64,000 nucleotides of DNA from Candidatus Obscuribacterales bacterium. Its GTDB lineage: Bacteria > Cyanobacteriota > Vampirovibrionia > Obscuribacterales > Obscuribacteraceae. This document shows positions 51,906-60,621 of this stretch, piece by piece (position 1 is the stretch's first letter; each line of letters starts with the position of its first letter). The position numbers and the translations under genes were made by a program. The stretch spans positions 93,223 to 157,222 of the forward strand of contig JAGVLS010000020.1 in the NCBI GenBank assembly GCA_020054205.1. Direction: 5' to 3'. The notes below the pieces were generated by a model. It ran no database searches. It was given only the letters and a program-made list of their open reading frames with translations, and had not been told where the DNA came from.

Positions 51906-52910
51906 ATGAAAGTGAGTTTTTCGCGTGAACGTGGGCTTGCATGGGCAATACTATTAATTTTGCTCATCTCAATACCAGTAGGATTATTTTGTCGGTATCA
52001 AGGAAAGAGTTATCAAAAAACAAGTGACACCAAGTCAATGTCAGCATTTTTGCCATATGAAAATAGACTAGTGGTATTAAAGCTAAATGGTTTAATTGCA
52101 GAAGAAGCTGAGGCAGATGGCTTTTTGCCCTCCCTTGACATGAACACGCCAAATTATGTCAGAAAACAATTACGTAAAGCAGCTAAAGATGACAAGGTTA
52201 AAGGTATATTGTTACGTATTAATTCTCCGGGCGGTACAGTTGCTACTAGTCAGGAATTATTTGATGCAGTACAAACTTTTAGAAAAGCGGGTAAGCCAAT
52301 TGTAGTATCCATGGGAGATGTGGCAGCTTCAGGGGGCTATTACATAGCAGCAGGGGCAGATAAGATTGTGGCAGCTCCTGGTACGTTAACGGGTTCTATT
52401 GGTGTAATAATTCATTTGCTTAATTTGCAAGAGATTGAGCGCAAAATAGGCATAGCGCCAGTGGTAATTAAATCTGGCTCTTTTAAAGATATTGGTTCCA
52501 TGGATAGACCAATGACTAAAGAAGAAAAAGCATTATTAGAATCAATAATTATGGATTCATATGATCAATTTGTTGAGGCTGTAGCTAAAGGTAGAAATAT
52601 GGATAAGGCAGTAGTGAAAAAGCTAGCTGATGGACGTATTTATTCCGGTAGACAAGCTTATAGCGTAAAACTAGTTGATCAACTAGGATCGTATGAAGAT
52701 GCACTTGCTCTTTTACAAAGTATGGCTAAAGAACGTTTTCAATTGAAAGATGATTTAAAAGTGGATGATGGTGGGACCAAAAATTTCTTTTCTCAGTTGT
52801 TGCAATCATCAGTGCGTTTTGGCGGTATGAATAAAGATCTTCTAGGTGGTTTTTTACCTCAATCGATGCAAGCACGATTTTTAGGGCAGCCGATGTGGGT
52901 AATGCAATAG
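51906..52910 (+). CDS. sppA: Signal peptide peptidase SppA (36K type)
   Basis: INSPGGTVATSQ, catalytic Ser context GDVAASGGYYIAAGADKIVAAPGTLTGSIGV, Lys context VIKSGSFKD. Confidence 0.85.
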   Translation: MKVSFSRERGLAWAILLILLISIPVGLFCRYQGKSYQKTSDTKSMSAFLPYENRLVVLKLNGLIAEEAEADGFLPSLDMNTPNYVRKQLRKAAKDDKVKGILLRINSPGGTVATSQELFDAVQTFRKAGKPIVVSMGDVAASGGYYIAAGADKIVAAPGTLTGSIGVIIHLLNLQEIERKIGIAPVVIKSGSFKDIGSMDRPMTKEEKALLESIIMDSYDQFVEAVAKGRNMDKAVVKKLADGRIYSGRQAYSVKLVDQLGSYEDALALLQSMAKERFQLKDDLKVDDGGTKNFFSQLLQSSVRFGGMNKDLLGGFLPQSMQARFLGQPMWVMQ

Positions 52911-52922
52911 GAGCTAATTTTT

Positions 52923-53513
52923 ATGACCACTATATCTACAAATGCCATGCACTGGATTGAAATTTTTTATGGTGTACTTGTTAGTCCAGCAAAAACATTT
53001 GCTTATATAACTTCTCAATCTCGTGCCGGTATTTCAAATTTAACTGGTGCTTGTATTGTAGTTTTTCTTGTGTTTATGGCAGATGCTATAAGAGAGACTA
53101 ATATCAATCGTGTACAGTCGGTTCTATTTAATATCCCTATGAGTATATTTTTTGGAATAACATTTTGGTTGGTATTATTTTCCTCAATTGCTTTGATTGC
53201 TACATGTTTTAACGCACCTAAACAAAATATAAAAGCATCACTTGTGGCCATTGGTTGGAGTTTTGTGCCATGGTTGTTTATGGGACCTGTTAGTTGCTTT
53301 AAAGGAGCGATGGGACCAGCACATATATTATTGGCGCTAATTCCTTACATATGGATGGTGAGCTTACAACTTTTAGCTATTAATGAAAGTTATCAGCTTA
53401 AAGGCTGGCAAACTTTATCATTAGTATTTGTAGTGCCAGTTTTATTTTCACTTGTGAATTTTATGTTTATTATGCAAATTCTCGGTGCAACGGTTGGGGC
53501 TTTGCTTTCCTAG
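52923..53513 (+). CDS. Yip1-like polytopic membrane protein
   Basis: Five predicted TM helices. The N-terminus IEIFYGVLVSPAKTFAYI resembles the Yip1-domain start. AGGAG RBS. Confidence 0.4.
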   Translation: MTTISTNAMHWIEIFYGVLVSPAKTFAYITSQSRAGISNLTGACIVVFLVFMADAIRETNINRVQSVLFNIPMSIFFGITFWLVLFSSIALIATCFNAPKQNIKASLVAIGWSFVPWLFMGPVSCFKGAMGPAHILLALIPYIWMVSLQLLAINESYQLKGWQTLSLVFVVPVLFSLVNFMFIMQILGATVGALLS

Positions 53514-54455
53514 TTGAAAAATAATGAAGGCAATAAAAATAAGGTAATTGCTATTGTTGGGCCAACTGGGTCCGGCAAAACAGCTCTTAGCTTGGTTTTA
53601 GCGCATAAGTTAGAAGCAGAAATTGTTGCTTGTGATAGCAGAACTATTTATCGCTATCTCAATATTGGCACAGCTAAACCTACGGTTCACGAAATAAAAG
53701 ATATTCCTCATCACCTTATAGATATTATAAATCCGGACGAACAGTATACAGTTGCTCAGTACCGAAGACAGGCGCAAGCAATTATTGATAATATTTTTGC
53801 TCGTGGAAAAATACCAATTATATGTGGTGGAACTGGTTTGTATGCAAGAGCTTTGCTTGAAGGATTGAGCATTCCCAATATTGCTCCACAACCAGAACTT
53901 AGAGAAACATTTACTCAATTTGCTAATGAGCATGGTAATCAAGCTTTGCATGCCTGTTTGGAAAAAATTGATCCTGTTACCGCTAAACGTTTGAATATTA
54001 ATGATCGATTCCGCATCATTAGAGCTTTGGAAGTTTCTACGGTAAGTAATAAACCATTTTCGCAATTAATTGGTAAAGGTGAATCACCATATAATGTATT
54101 GTGGATAGGGCTCAATGCCAATGATAGAAATTATTTGCATGAGCAAATAAAACAAAGATTTAAATTGCAATTAGAAGCAGGACTAGTGAATGAAGTAGAA
54201 TCTTTATATAAAAAATATGGACCGATAAGATCGCTTGTTAATACAGTTAACTATCAAGAATTTGTTCAATATATTGAAGGGAAATTTACTTTAGAGCAAG
54301 CTATTGCAGAAGCCGTCAAACATAATTGCCAACTGGCTAGACGACAAATTATGTGGTTTCGTAGCAATAACCAGATGAATTGGTTTGCAATTGATGACAA
54401 AGAAAGAACTTTAGCAGATGCTGTAAACGATAAAGTACAAACATGGTTGCAATAA
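53514..54455 (+). CDS. miaA: tRNA dimethylallyltransferase
   Basis: P-loop IVGPTGSGKTALSL, DSRTIYRYLNIGTAKP, HHLIDI. TTG start. Confidence 0.9.
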   Translation: MKNNEGNKNKVIAIVGPTGSGKTALSLVLAHKLEAEIVACDSRTIYRYLNIGTAKPTVHEIKDIPHHLIDIINPDEQYTVAQYRRQAQAIIDNIFARGKIPIICGGTGLYARALLEGLSIPNIAPQPELRETFTQFANEHGNQALHACLEKIDPVTAKRLNINDRFRIIRALEVSTVSNKPFSQLIGKGESPYNVLWIGLNANDRNYLHEQIKQRFKLQLEAGLVNEVESLYKKYGPIRSLVNTVNYQEFVQYIEGKFTLEQAIAEAVKHNCQLARRQIMWFRSNNQMNWFAIDDKERTLADAVNDKVQTWLQ

Positions 54456-55385
54456 TTATGTTGCTGATTCAACAGCTTTTGGTTTTTTCTTTAGAAGAGC
54501 AAATAATTTTTTGATATCTTTAGGATCTATAAATAACAAATAAGAAGCAATCATTATGTGTTGGAATAATGGAATGTTCATGGAATAATCCAAACCTAAA
54601 TGTAAAAATATACCAGCAATTATGACCGGATAACGAAATTCTTTTATCCAGATAAGAGAGAACAAAGCAAATTCAATAAATAAAGTATAGTAAGTTAAGA
54701 ACTTATATAACCATATTGGATTTGTGCCAAAAAACATGAGAGGAAATCTTTGAAATTCTTCTAACTGCAAGGCGTAATAAACAGCTGTTCCTTTTAACCA
54801 TGTCAGACCCGCCGCTTTTCCCCAGAAGCTTTGCCAATAAACTGCACAAATTTGTATTTGTAAGAGTCTTTGTGCCCAGGGGTTATACAGTTTTTCTTTA
54901 CTTGTATTATCAGCTTTATCTTTTGAAAATAAAGAGTCAAGCGATAATGCTTTACCTGCTTGTGACCAAATAAGATAATAACTGCATAAACGAATGAGAG
55001 TATCGCCACTGTGAAGAATTAATGGATTGCGATGATGGATTGAAGTTAAACAAATAAAAACAGTTAAAGCACTAATGCGGGTAAATAATCCAAAAAGAAG
55101 TGTAATACTGGAAATAACAAGCACGCTGTATATGGCAGTAACTATGAAATTATCTGGTGTATTTATGAAAAACAAACCAAAACGCGGGCTATTTTCCCAT
55201 AGTTTAGCGGTTTGAATTGTTGTCCATGCATGTGTGCCAAACCAGTCGTACAAATCTGGTTGGAATAAAATTATACTTTCTAATAATACTAAACTGTAAA
55301 AGATACGAAATAATGCAATTGATATAGCAGATTGTTTTTTAAACCAAAATCTATTCCAGAGTAAAGTCAAATAATTCAGATTCAT
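54456..55385 (-). CDS. HTTM-domain (vitamin K-dependent gamma-carboxylase-like) polytopic membrane protein
   Basis: The N-terminus ISIALFRIFYSLVLLESIILFQPDLYDWFG and the multi-TM layout fit the HTTM pattern. Confidence 0.6.
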   Translation of the reverse strand: MNLNYLTLLWNRFWFKKQSAISIALFRIFYSLVLLESIILFQPDLYDWFGTHAWTTIQTAKLWENSPRFGLFFINTPDNFIVTAIYSVLVISSITLLFGLFTRISALTVFICLTSIHHRNPLILHSGDTLIRLCSYYLIWSQAGKALSLDSLFSKDKADNTSKEKLYNPWAQRLLQIQICAVYWQSFWGKAAGLTWLKGTAVYYALQLEEFQRFPLMFFGTNPIWLYKFLTYYTLFIEFALFSLIWIKEFRYPVIIAGIFLHLGLDYSMNIPLFQHIMIASYLLFIDPKDIKKLFALLKKKPKAVESAT

Positions 55386-55386
55386 A

Positions 55387-55926
55387 TTATTTCAAATCCT
55401 CTGGCATGACTTTGTAAACAAAAAAAGTATATGACTCTGTTTCTTTACGTTTATTGTTAGTTTCCAGGTCTGGAATTTCACTAATAAAAGAACGCAATGA
55501 TATTACTTTTGGTGGATTATTTGGATTACTATTATTGATATAAGCTAAATGACGAGCAACATCAGGCCAGATCATTTTTTCACTTTCATTGCTTACGTGA
55601 TCATTTATAAACTTTCGATATCTTTCTTTTATCATTTTATCAATTATATTTAAATGTTCCATGCGGGGAAATTGCCATAATTTCACACTACCATCGGCAT
55701 AAGTAATAAGGGCAACATAATTGAGATTTACATTCCTAGGATTAGGGGAAAACATAGCAAAATTTTGCCAGAGTCCACTAAATTGCGAAATGTTTTTTAT
55801 TGGTGCAAATAGAAATTCTGTCAAAGTACAACTAGGAATTGACCATAAAATAATTATGCATAAATTGATAACAATGAATAAAGACAAAAAACATTGTTGT
55901 ATTTGTTGTAATTTAGAATGAGTCAT
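55387..55926 (-). CDS. Single-TM partner protein of the HTTM gene (DUF5819-like by motif)
   Basis: N-terminal TM helix, then GLWQNFAMFSPNPRNVNLNYVALITYADGS, similar to the QxWxxFAPxP motif of proteins usually encoded next to bacterial HTTM genes. Its stop is 1 nt from the HTTM start. Confidence 0.45.
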   Translation of the reverse strand: MTHSKLQQIQQCFLSLFIVINLCIIILWSIPSCTLTEFLFAPIKNISQFSGLWQNFAMFSPNPRNVNLNYVALITYADGSVKLWQFPRMEHLNIIDKMIKERYRKFINDHVSNESEKMIWPDVARHLAYINNSNPNNPPKVISLRSFISEIPDLETNNKRKETESYTFFVYKVMPEDLK

Positions 55927-56029
55927 TGATTAATTGTAAACAGCTATTTAGCAGTATAAATATCACTGCTTTTTCATTTTAACCTATTTTGTTTATTAGC
56001 TAGAAAACAAGAGACAAATTCTCGATTAA

Positions 56030-56869
56030 TTAACCATCCATATCGCCACCAGGAAGACCAGTTGGAGTCCCTGTAGTAGATGAGCTGCTGCTTGATGTTG
56101 ATGGTCCACCAGTTGTAGAGGTGGAAGTGGAAGTGCTAGCAGATGTAGAAGTGCTGGCACTTGTCGAGGTGGAAGAAGAGGTTGTGGTTGAGCTAGAATT
56201 TGTACCAGAGCCAGAACCGCTGCCACTGGTTGTCGATGTGCTAGTAGAATTTGATGTACTAGCGGAAGTCGATGTGCTGGCAGAAGTAGAGCTGCTTGTA
56301 CTGCTTGATGTTGATGGTCCACCAGTTGTGGAGGTAGAAGTGCTAGCACTAGTTGTCGTGCTGGTGGTATTGGTACTGCTTGAAGTAGAACCTGTACTTG
56401 GCGGTACTGTTGTAGTAGGTCTGCCGGTAATAGGAAAAACATATGTTTTTTCTAGAGCATAAGTACCATCGGCAACATAAGACACACCTTGAAAAAATAA
56501 TGGTGCAGGTAATCGCACATTAGTTCTTGATGTAGCTTGAGCAAATGGTACACCTATGCCGTATGGATTTGGTTGAGTAGGATTAGGCTCATATATAACT
56601 TGGGCTGGATTTACTGTTGGTTGACTAACAAAATAACCATCTGATCTGTGTGCTAAAGCAGCTTGTTCTGCTCTTGTTTTGGCAGTGGCTAAATCTCTTG
56701 CTTGTCCTGCTGCACGTGCTGCATCACGAGCTGCTCCATCATTTATCATTCCACCCCAGACAAAAAAGGCAATATCTAGGCTTAAAAGGGTAATAATTAT
56801 AACTAAAAATGAAATAGATGCTAGTTCAAGTAAACTACTGCCAGAGATTTTTCTATTGCTAAATTTCAT
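56030..56869 (-). CDS. TadE-like pseudopilin-type protein with ~140-aa Ser/Thr-rich C-terminal tail
   Basis: The N-terminus KISGSSLLELASISFLVIIITLLSLDIAFF fits the TadE pattern (Gxxx[VL]E + hydrophobic helix). The tail is STSSSTNTTSTTTSASTSTSTTGGPSTSSS.., with the block TSTSTTGGPSTSSS occurring twice. Confidence 0.6.
   Translation of the reverse strand: MKFSNRKISGSSLLELASISFLVIIITLLSLDIAFFVWGGMINDGAARDAARAAGQARDLATAKTRAEQAALAHRSDGYFVSQPTVNPAQVIYEPNPTQPNPYGIGVPFAQATSRTNVRLPAPLFFQGVSYVADGTYALEKTYVFPITGRPTTTVPPSTGSTSSSTNTTSTTTSASTSTSTTGGPSTSSSTSSSTSASTSTSASTSNSTSTSTTSGSGSGSGTNSSSTTTSSSTSTSASTSTSASTSTSTSTTGGPSTSSSSSSTTGTPTGLPGGDMDG
56088..56348. repeat. Near-identical ~50-bp direct repeats inside the Ser/Thr-tail coding region
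   Basis: CTGCTTGATGTTGATGGTCCACCAGTTGT(A/G)GAGGT.. at 56088 and again at 56301. The first 29 nt are identical. Confidence 0.8.
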
Positions 56870-56880
56870 GATCTATCTCC

Positions 56881-58785
56881 TTAAAATGTGTTGACTAATT
56901 GCACAAGCTCTCTAGCTATTTGTCTAAATGCTTGTTGCAATTGCGTAGCATTATTCACATTCCAATATCTGCCATTTGTCATATAAGCAAGTCCTGGAGG
57001 TTGTGAACCACTGGGAGCGGTTTCTTTTAAAAATACATTCATATCAGTTGCTAATGAACCATTATTTGATAGTCCAATGCAATATATTGGTATACCATTA
57101 TCTTTAGCTCTTTGCGCTGCTGTGCGAGCATCTTGTGCTGCTGGTGAATTAAAACCGGTAGGGCTTCCTGGTCCAGCAGAAGAAATGCCTTTATTAGGTA
57201 TGCCGTCAGTAAATAAAATTATTGCTTTGCGTGATTCACTTCTAGATGCATTTGATGTTAGCTCATTTATAGCCTCTGTTAAAGCAGCATAAATATTGGT
57301 TTTACCAAGTGGTTTTAATGAGCTAACTGCTGTTTTTACAGTGTCATTATTAGCAACAGAATTTGATAATTGCACTAAAGGTACTGAAAAATTACCGTTG
57401 CCAGCTAATGGCCAATGTGAATCTACATTTGGTAATGTTAGTGATTGATTAACATCATCAGAGAACGCTGTCAAACCAAAATGAGCATCAGTATTGGTCA
57501 TCATCAAATCAACGAAATTATTGGTTTCTGTACGTGAAAAATTAATTGGTACTGATGCCATGCTAGCTCTTGTTTGATATGACATTTGATAGCCAGAACT
57601 AGCACCAGGCATTCCAGGCACAGTGCTTGCTTTGCTATTTGTTCTGGCTTGATCTGTATCTAAATTGCCGCGAGATGCTTCTACCGCGGTTCCTATACCA
57701 GGAAACAATGCTGATGTACCTATATTAACAATTAAATCAGTGTAAATAGGAGCACAATTAGCGTCAACATTTACATTGCCAGAACTAACTGAATTATTAT
57801 CTTCACCTTTGTTATACAAAGGATCTATATATGAAAAATTACCTGGTGGTCTGCCTACTTCAGACGCAGCTGGATTATTAGCAGTGTTAACAGCTCTCAG
57901 TCCAGGAGTAGGTGGGCTAGGTGGAGGAGATTGTCCATGAAATTCACTAAACGGAATAGGAGTAGCATTGCCTTGTGAACGTGTATTTATTGGACTTGTA
58001 TCAATATAAGAACTAAGCGATAAATTTTGTGGAGGTAATACATTTACAGAAGTACCAGTTTTGGGCGGTTGTAATTTTTGGAATAATCTTCCAGCTGAAT
58101 TGCCAACAATATCATAGACAATTCTACCAGGAGTACCATTGGCACCGATTTGAGTTGGATCCCAGCGTCTACGAACAAAATATACAACTGTTTCATCATC
58201 CATAGAACCAGATACATCAAAACAAATTACCAAATCTAACATAGGCACAGCACCATCAGATACAGCTGTAATAGTAAAATTACCGACACCAACAATATTG
58301 CCAAAAGCTGGAACATAACCATAAAATCCAGTGACGCGCATTCTTCTACCATTAACGTCACCAAGTTTTACTTCATTTCTATTTGTATCTAAAAGTTGAA
58401 TTCTTAAAGCTGCTTGATGAGGAGCTGGATTATTAGGATTTTGAGAATTTTGGCCATTAGTAGGTGTACCGCGAGGAGTACTACCATTTGGGTCAGGAGT
58501 GCTAGCTAAGGGATCGCCCATCACTTGATTTTGGCGAAAAATTATAACGGCAGAATTAATAGCATTTTGCTGAGTAGACTGAGTATTAGCAAGACTGGCA
58601 CCAGCTAATTGAGCAACGCCAGCTAATGCAGCAGCATCAACTGATGTTCTAAGTTGTTGGGTTGCCCAGGTAAAACGGCCTATTTCAAAAGCTAGTAAGC
58701 CAAGTGGCAATATAATAAACATACTTGCCAAAATTATTAGACCAATTATGCCTCCCCCCTTAGAAGATCGTTTAGCTTGCCCCAT
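56881..58785 (-). CDS. TadG-like N-terminal domain fused to a von Willebrand factor A (MIDAS) domain
   Basis: GGIIGLIILASMFIILPLGLLAFEIGRFTWATQQLRTSVDAAALAGV (Tad/TadG N-terminal pattern). MIDAS LVICFDVSGSMDD, later GKTNIYAAL, AIILFTDGIPN, IPIYCIGL. AGGAGG RBS. Confidence 0.75.
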   Translation of the reverse strand: MGQAKRSSKGGGIIGLIILASMFIILPLGLLAFEIGRFTWATQQLRTSVDAAALAGVAQLAGASLANTQSTQQNAINSAVIIFRQNQVMGDPLASTPDPNGSTPRGTPTNGQNSQNPNNPAPHQAALRIQLLDTNRNEVKLGDVNGRRMRVTGFYGYVPAFGNIVGVGNFTITAVSDGAVPMLDLVICFDVSGSMDDETVVYFVRRRWDPTQIGANGTPGRIVYDIVGNSAGRLFQKLQPPKTGTSVNVLPPQNLSLSSYIDTSPINTRSQGNATPIPFSEFHGQSPPPSPPTPGLRAVNTANNPAASEVGRPPGNFSYIDPLYNKGEDNNSVSSGNVNVDANCAPIYTDLIVNIGTSALFPGIGTAVEASRGNLDTDQARTNSKASTVPGMPGASSGYQMSYQTRASMASVPINFSRTETNNFVDLMMTNTDAHFGLTAFSDDVNQSLTLPNVDSHWPLAGNGNFSVPLVQLSNSVANNDTVKTAVSSLKPLGKTNIYAALTEAINELTSNASRSESRKAIILFTDGIPNKGISSAGPGSPTGFNSPAAQDARTAAQRAKDNGIPIYCIGLSNNGSLATDMNVFLKETAPSGSQPPGLAYMTNGRYWNVNNATQLQQAFRQIARELVQLVNTF

Positions 58786-58821
58786 TAAGTATTCCTCCTA
58801 TTTGTTTATCCAATAATAATA

Positions 58822-59313
58822 TCAATGTATTAATCCTTGTGGATTTTCTGCGTATACCTCATAACTAAATGAAATTGGATATGAGGAGGGAGCAAGTGGA
58901 ACAGGGAAAGTTGCATTAACAGTAGCTTGTACAGTTTCTTGCAAAAAATAAAGATTAGATGTGGTATCAACAGTAGTTAGTGTAGAGCTTGAATATGTTG
59001 GTATGCCACCACTTATTGCTTTAGTGACAATTTTAGTAGATTTGCTACTTACAGAAATACCAGGATTATTTTGTAGAGCATTATTTACTGCAGTATTAGC
59101 AACAGTAACTGCTTGTGTATATGTACGTGCTTTTGCTGCTTGATAGGCAGCATCCCGTGTAGCAAAAAAAACTATTATTGCTCTATAACTCATAGAGACT
59201 AAAGATATCATCGGGAAAAGCAATAAAACAAAAGCTACCCACAGTACAAGTGGTAGTTCAACTACGAAATTAGCACGGCGCGACCTGCCGTATTTATTGG
59301 CTATTTTTTTCAT
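58822..59313 (-). CDS. TadE-like pseudopilin-type protein
   Basis: SRRANFVVELPLVLWVAFVLLLFPMISLVSM matches the TadE N-terminal pattern. 163 aa. Confidence 0.6.
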   Translation of the reverse strand: MKKIANKYGRSRRANFVVELPLVLWVAFVLLLFPMISLVSMSYRAIIVFFATRDAAYQAAKARTYTQAVTVANTAVNNALQNNPGISVSSKSTKIVTKAISGGIPTYSSSTLTTVDTTSNLYFLQETVQATVNATFPVPLAPSSYPISFSYEVYAENPQGLIH

Positions 59314-59519
59314 GTTTAATTATCTAGTAAGGTGAAAGAAACTTGCTTGGGTGATTATATATATGAATGGGTCGGGCACTCATTACTTAATAAATTTTAA
59401 CATGTCCCCTCAACACCGTCAAGGTCAGCATAAAAATTAGCAATGCTTCCAGAGAGTATATTTTAGCGCTATACTACACAAAACAGAGACTAAGAGCGAC
59501 TCTAAAAGCATAATTAAAT

Positions 59520-59831
59520 ATGGGTTTAGCAAAAAATATTTGGAATTTAGATTTACCTTGGAGTAATGGCTTGCTTTCTGCTCGGGCCTGGCAAAAGGGT
59601 GAGCGGACTGTGGTAAGCGTGCCAGAATTAGATATTTTATGTACAGGTAAAACTCAATCTGAAGCAGTATTTCGCTTATTTAGCATTTTGCTTAAGTATT
59701 ACAATGAACTTAAATCTAAATCATTACCATTAAGTGACAAAGATGCTCATCGCTTACAATTATTATCTACCTGGGTGCAATCTGTAGAGAAAAAAATGAT
59801 GGGCACTAAAGAGCCAGTTTCAGTTAGTTAA
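59520..59831 (+). CDS. Hypothetical protein with HicB-like (UPF0150) N-terminal fold signature
   Basis: ERTVVSVPELDILCTGKTQSEAVFRL resembles the yxaxvPdLpGCxtqGxTxeEA core of HicB-type domains. No HicA-like partner is visible. Confidence 0.35.
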   Translation: MGLAKNIWNLDLPWSNGLLSARAWQKGERTVVSVPELDILCTGKTQSEAVFRLFSILLKYYNELKSKSLPLSDKDAHRLQLLSTWVQSVEKKMMGTKEPVSVS

Positions 59832-59901
59832 ATCCTATTTTTAAAGCTTAGAATTTTAACTTTGTATGAACTAAATTAAGCGATTTAACGTTTATTTTAG
59901 T

Positions 59902-60207
59902 ATGAACATACTTAATACTTTTATCCTTTTACTAATTGAAATTTATTTGCTTGCTAGTCAAACAAATATTTATTCAAATGCTCAAGCAAATGTTCAGTTA
60001 ACCAATGAATTACCATATAAATATGTAGGCAATTCATTCTCACATAAGTTTCATCGACCAAGCTGTCAATTTGCTATAGCTATGAATTTAAAAAAAGCAG
60101 TTCTTTATCATTTTCGTTTTCAGGCGATTAATGATAATTGTGTACCGTGTCGTTATTGTTTGCCACCAATTACGTCTTCAGTAAAAGGTTCTGTGCTGGG
60201 AAAATAG
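59902..60207 (+). CDS. Small signal-anchored protein with Ada-like Cys-rich metal-binding motif
   Basis: YVGNSFSHKFHRPSCQFAIAMNLKKAVLYHF..CVPCRYCLPP matches the YxGNxxSxxFHxPxC...PCxxCxP pattern. Confidence 0.4.
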   Translation: MNILNTFILLLIEIYLLASQTNIYSNAQANVQLTNELPYKYVGNSFSHKFHRPSCQFAIAMNLKKAVLYHFRFQAINDNCVPCRYCLPPITSSVKGSVLGK

Positions 60208-60212
60208 TGTCC

Positions 60213-60500
60213 TTAAAGATCTGGCTCTAAGGTTAGTGTTAATCCCTCACTTTTTAAAAGCTCATAATACAATTCTGCTATTTCTTTCGGTCCCACCCAA
60301 ACAATTGCCAGACCTTCATTGTGAACTTTTAGGGTTAATTTCCAAGCTTTTTCATATGACATGCCAGGAATATGTTTAACTAAAGACTGAGTAACATGTT
60401 CAAACGAATTATGATCGTCGTTAAGAAGAATTACCCGATAATTAGGGTAAGGCTTTGTTTCACCTAATTTAGGAGCTTCTTCTATTACTTCTTGGGGCAT
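60213..60500 (-). CDS. clpS: ATP-dependent Clp protease adaptor ClpS
   Basis: YRVILLNDDHNSFEHVTQSLVKHIPGMSYEKAWKLTLKVHNEGLAIVWVGPKEIAELY is the canonical ClpS core. Confidence 0.9.
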   Translation of the reverse strand: MPQEVIEEAPKLGETKPYPNYRVILLNDDHNSFEHVTQSLVKHIPGMSYEKAWKLTLKVHNEGLAIVWVGPKEIAELYYELLKSEGLTLTLEPDL

Positions 60501-60621
60501 TAACTTTACAACTGGCTTATAGTTATTTTGCCAAAAACAGATTGAGTATATAACGTATTTATTGGTAAATTCCTGCTATAACACAATGGTATAAACCAAA
60601 TTGGGTTTTCAGGTAAGAGAG

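Noticed and set aside
55927-56029. Hairpin AGCAGT-N9-ACTGCT plus T5 as a terminator separating the pseudopilin and HTTM genes
   Set aside because: The T-run follows the hairpin only on the plus strand, while both flanking genes are on the minus strand. It therefore does not qualify as their terminator.
56026-56462. 138-aa minus-strand and 113-aa plus-strand ORFs overlapping the Ser/Thr tail of the TadE-like gene
   Set aside because: They are alternate-frame or antisense readings of a trinucleotide-like repeat (Leu/Gln/Pro and Val/Glu strings). The frame with the TadE-like N-terminus and an upstream start is preferred.
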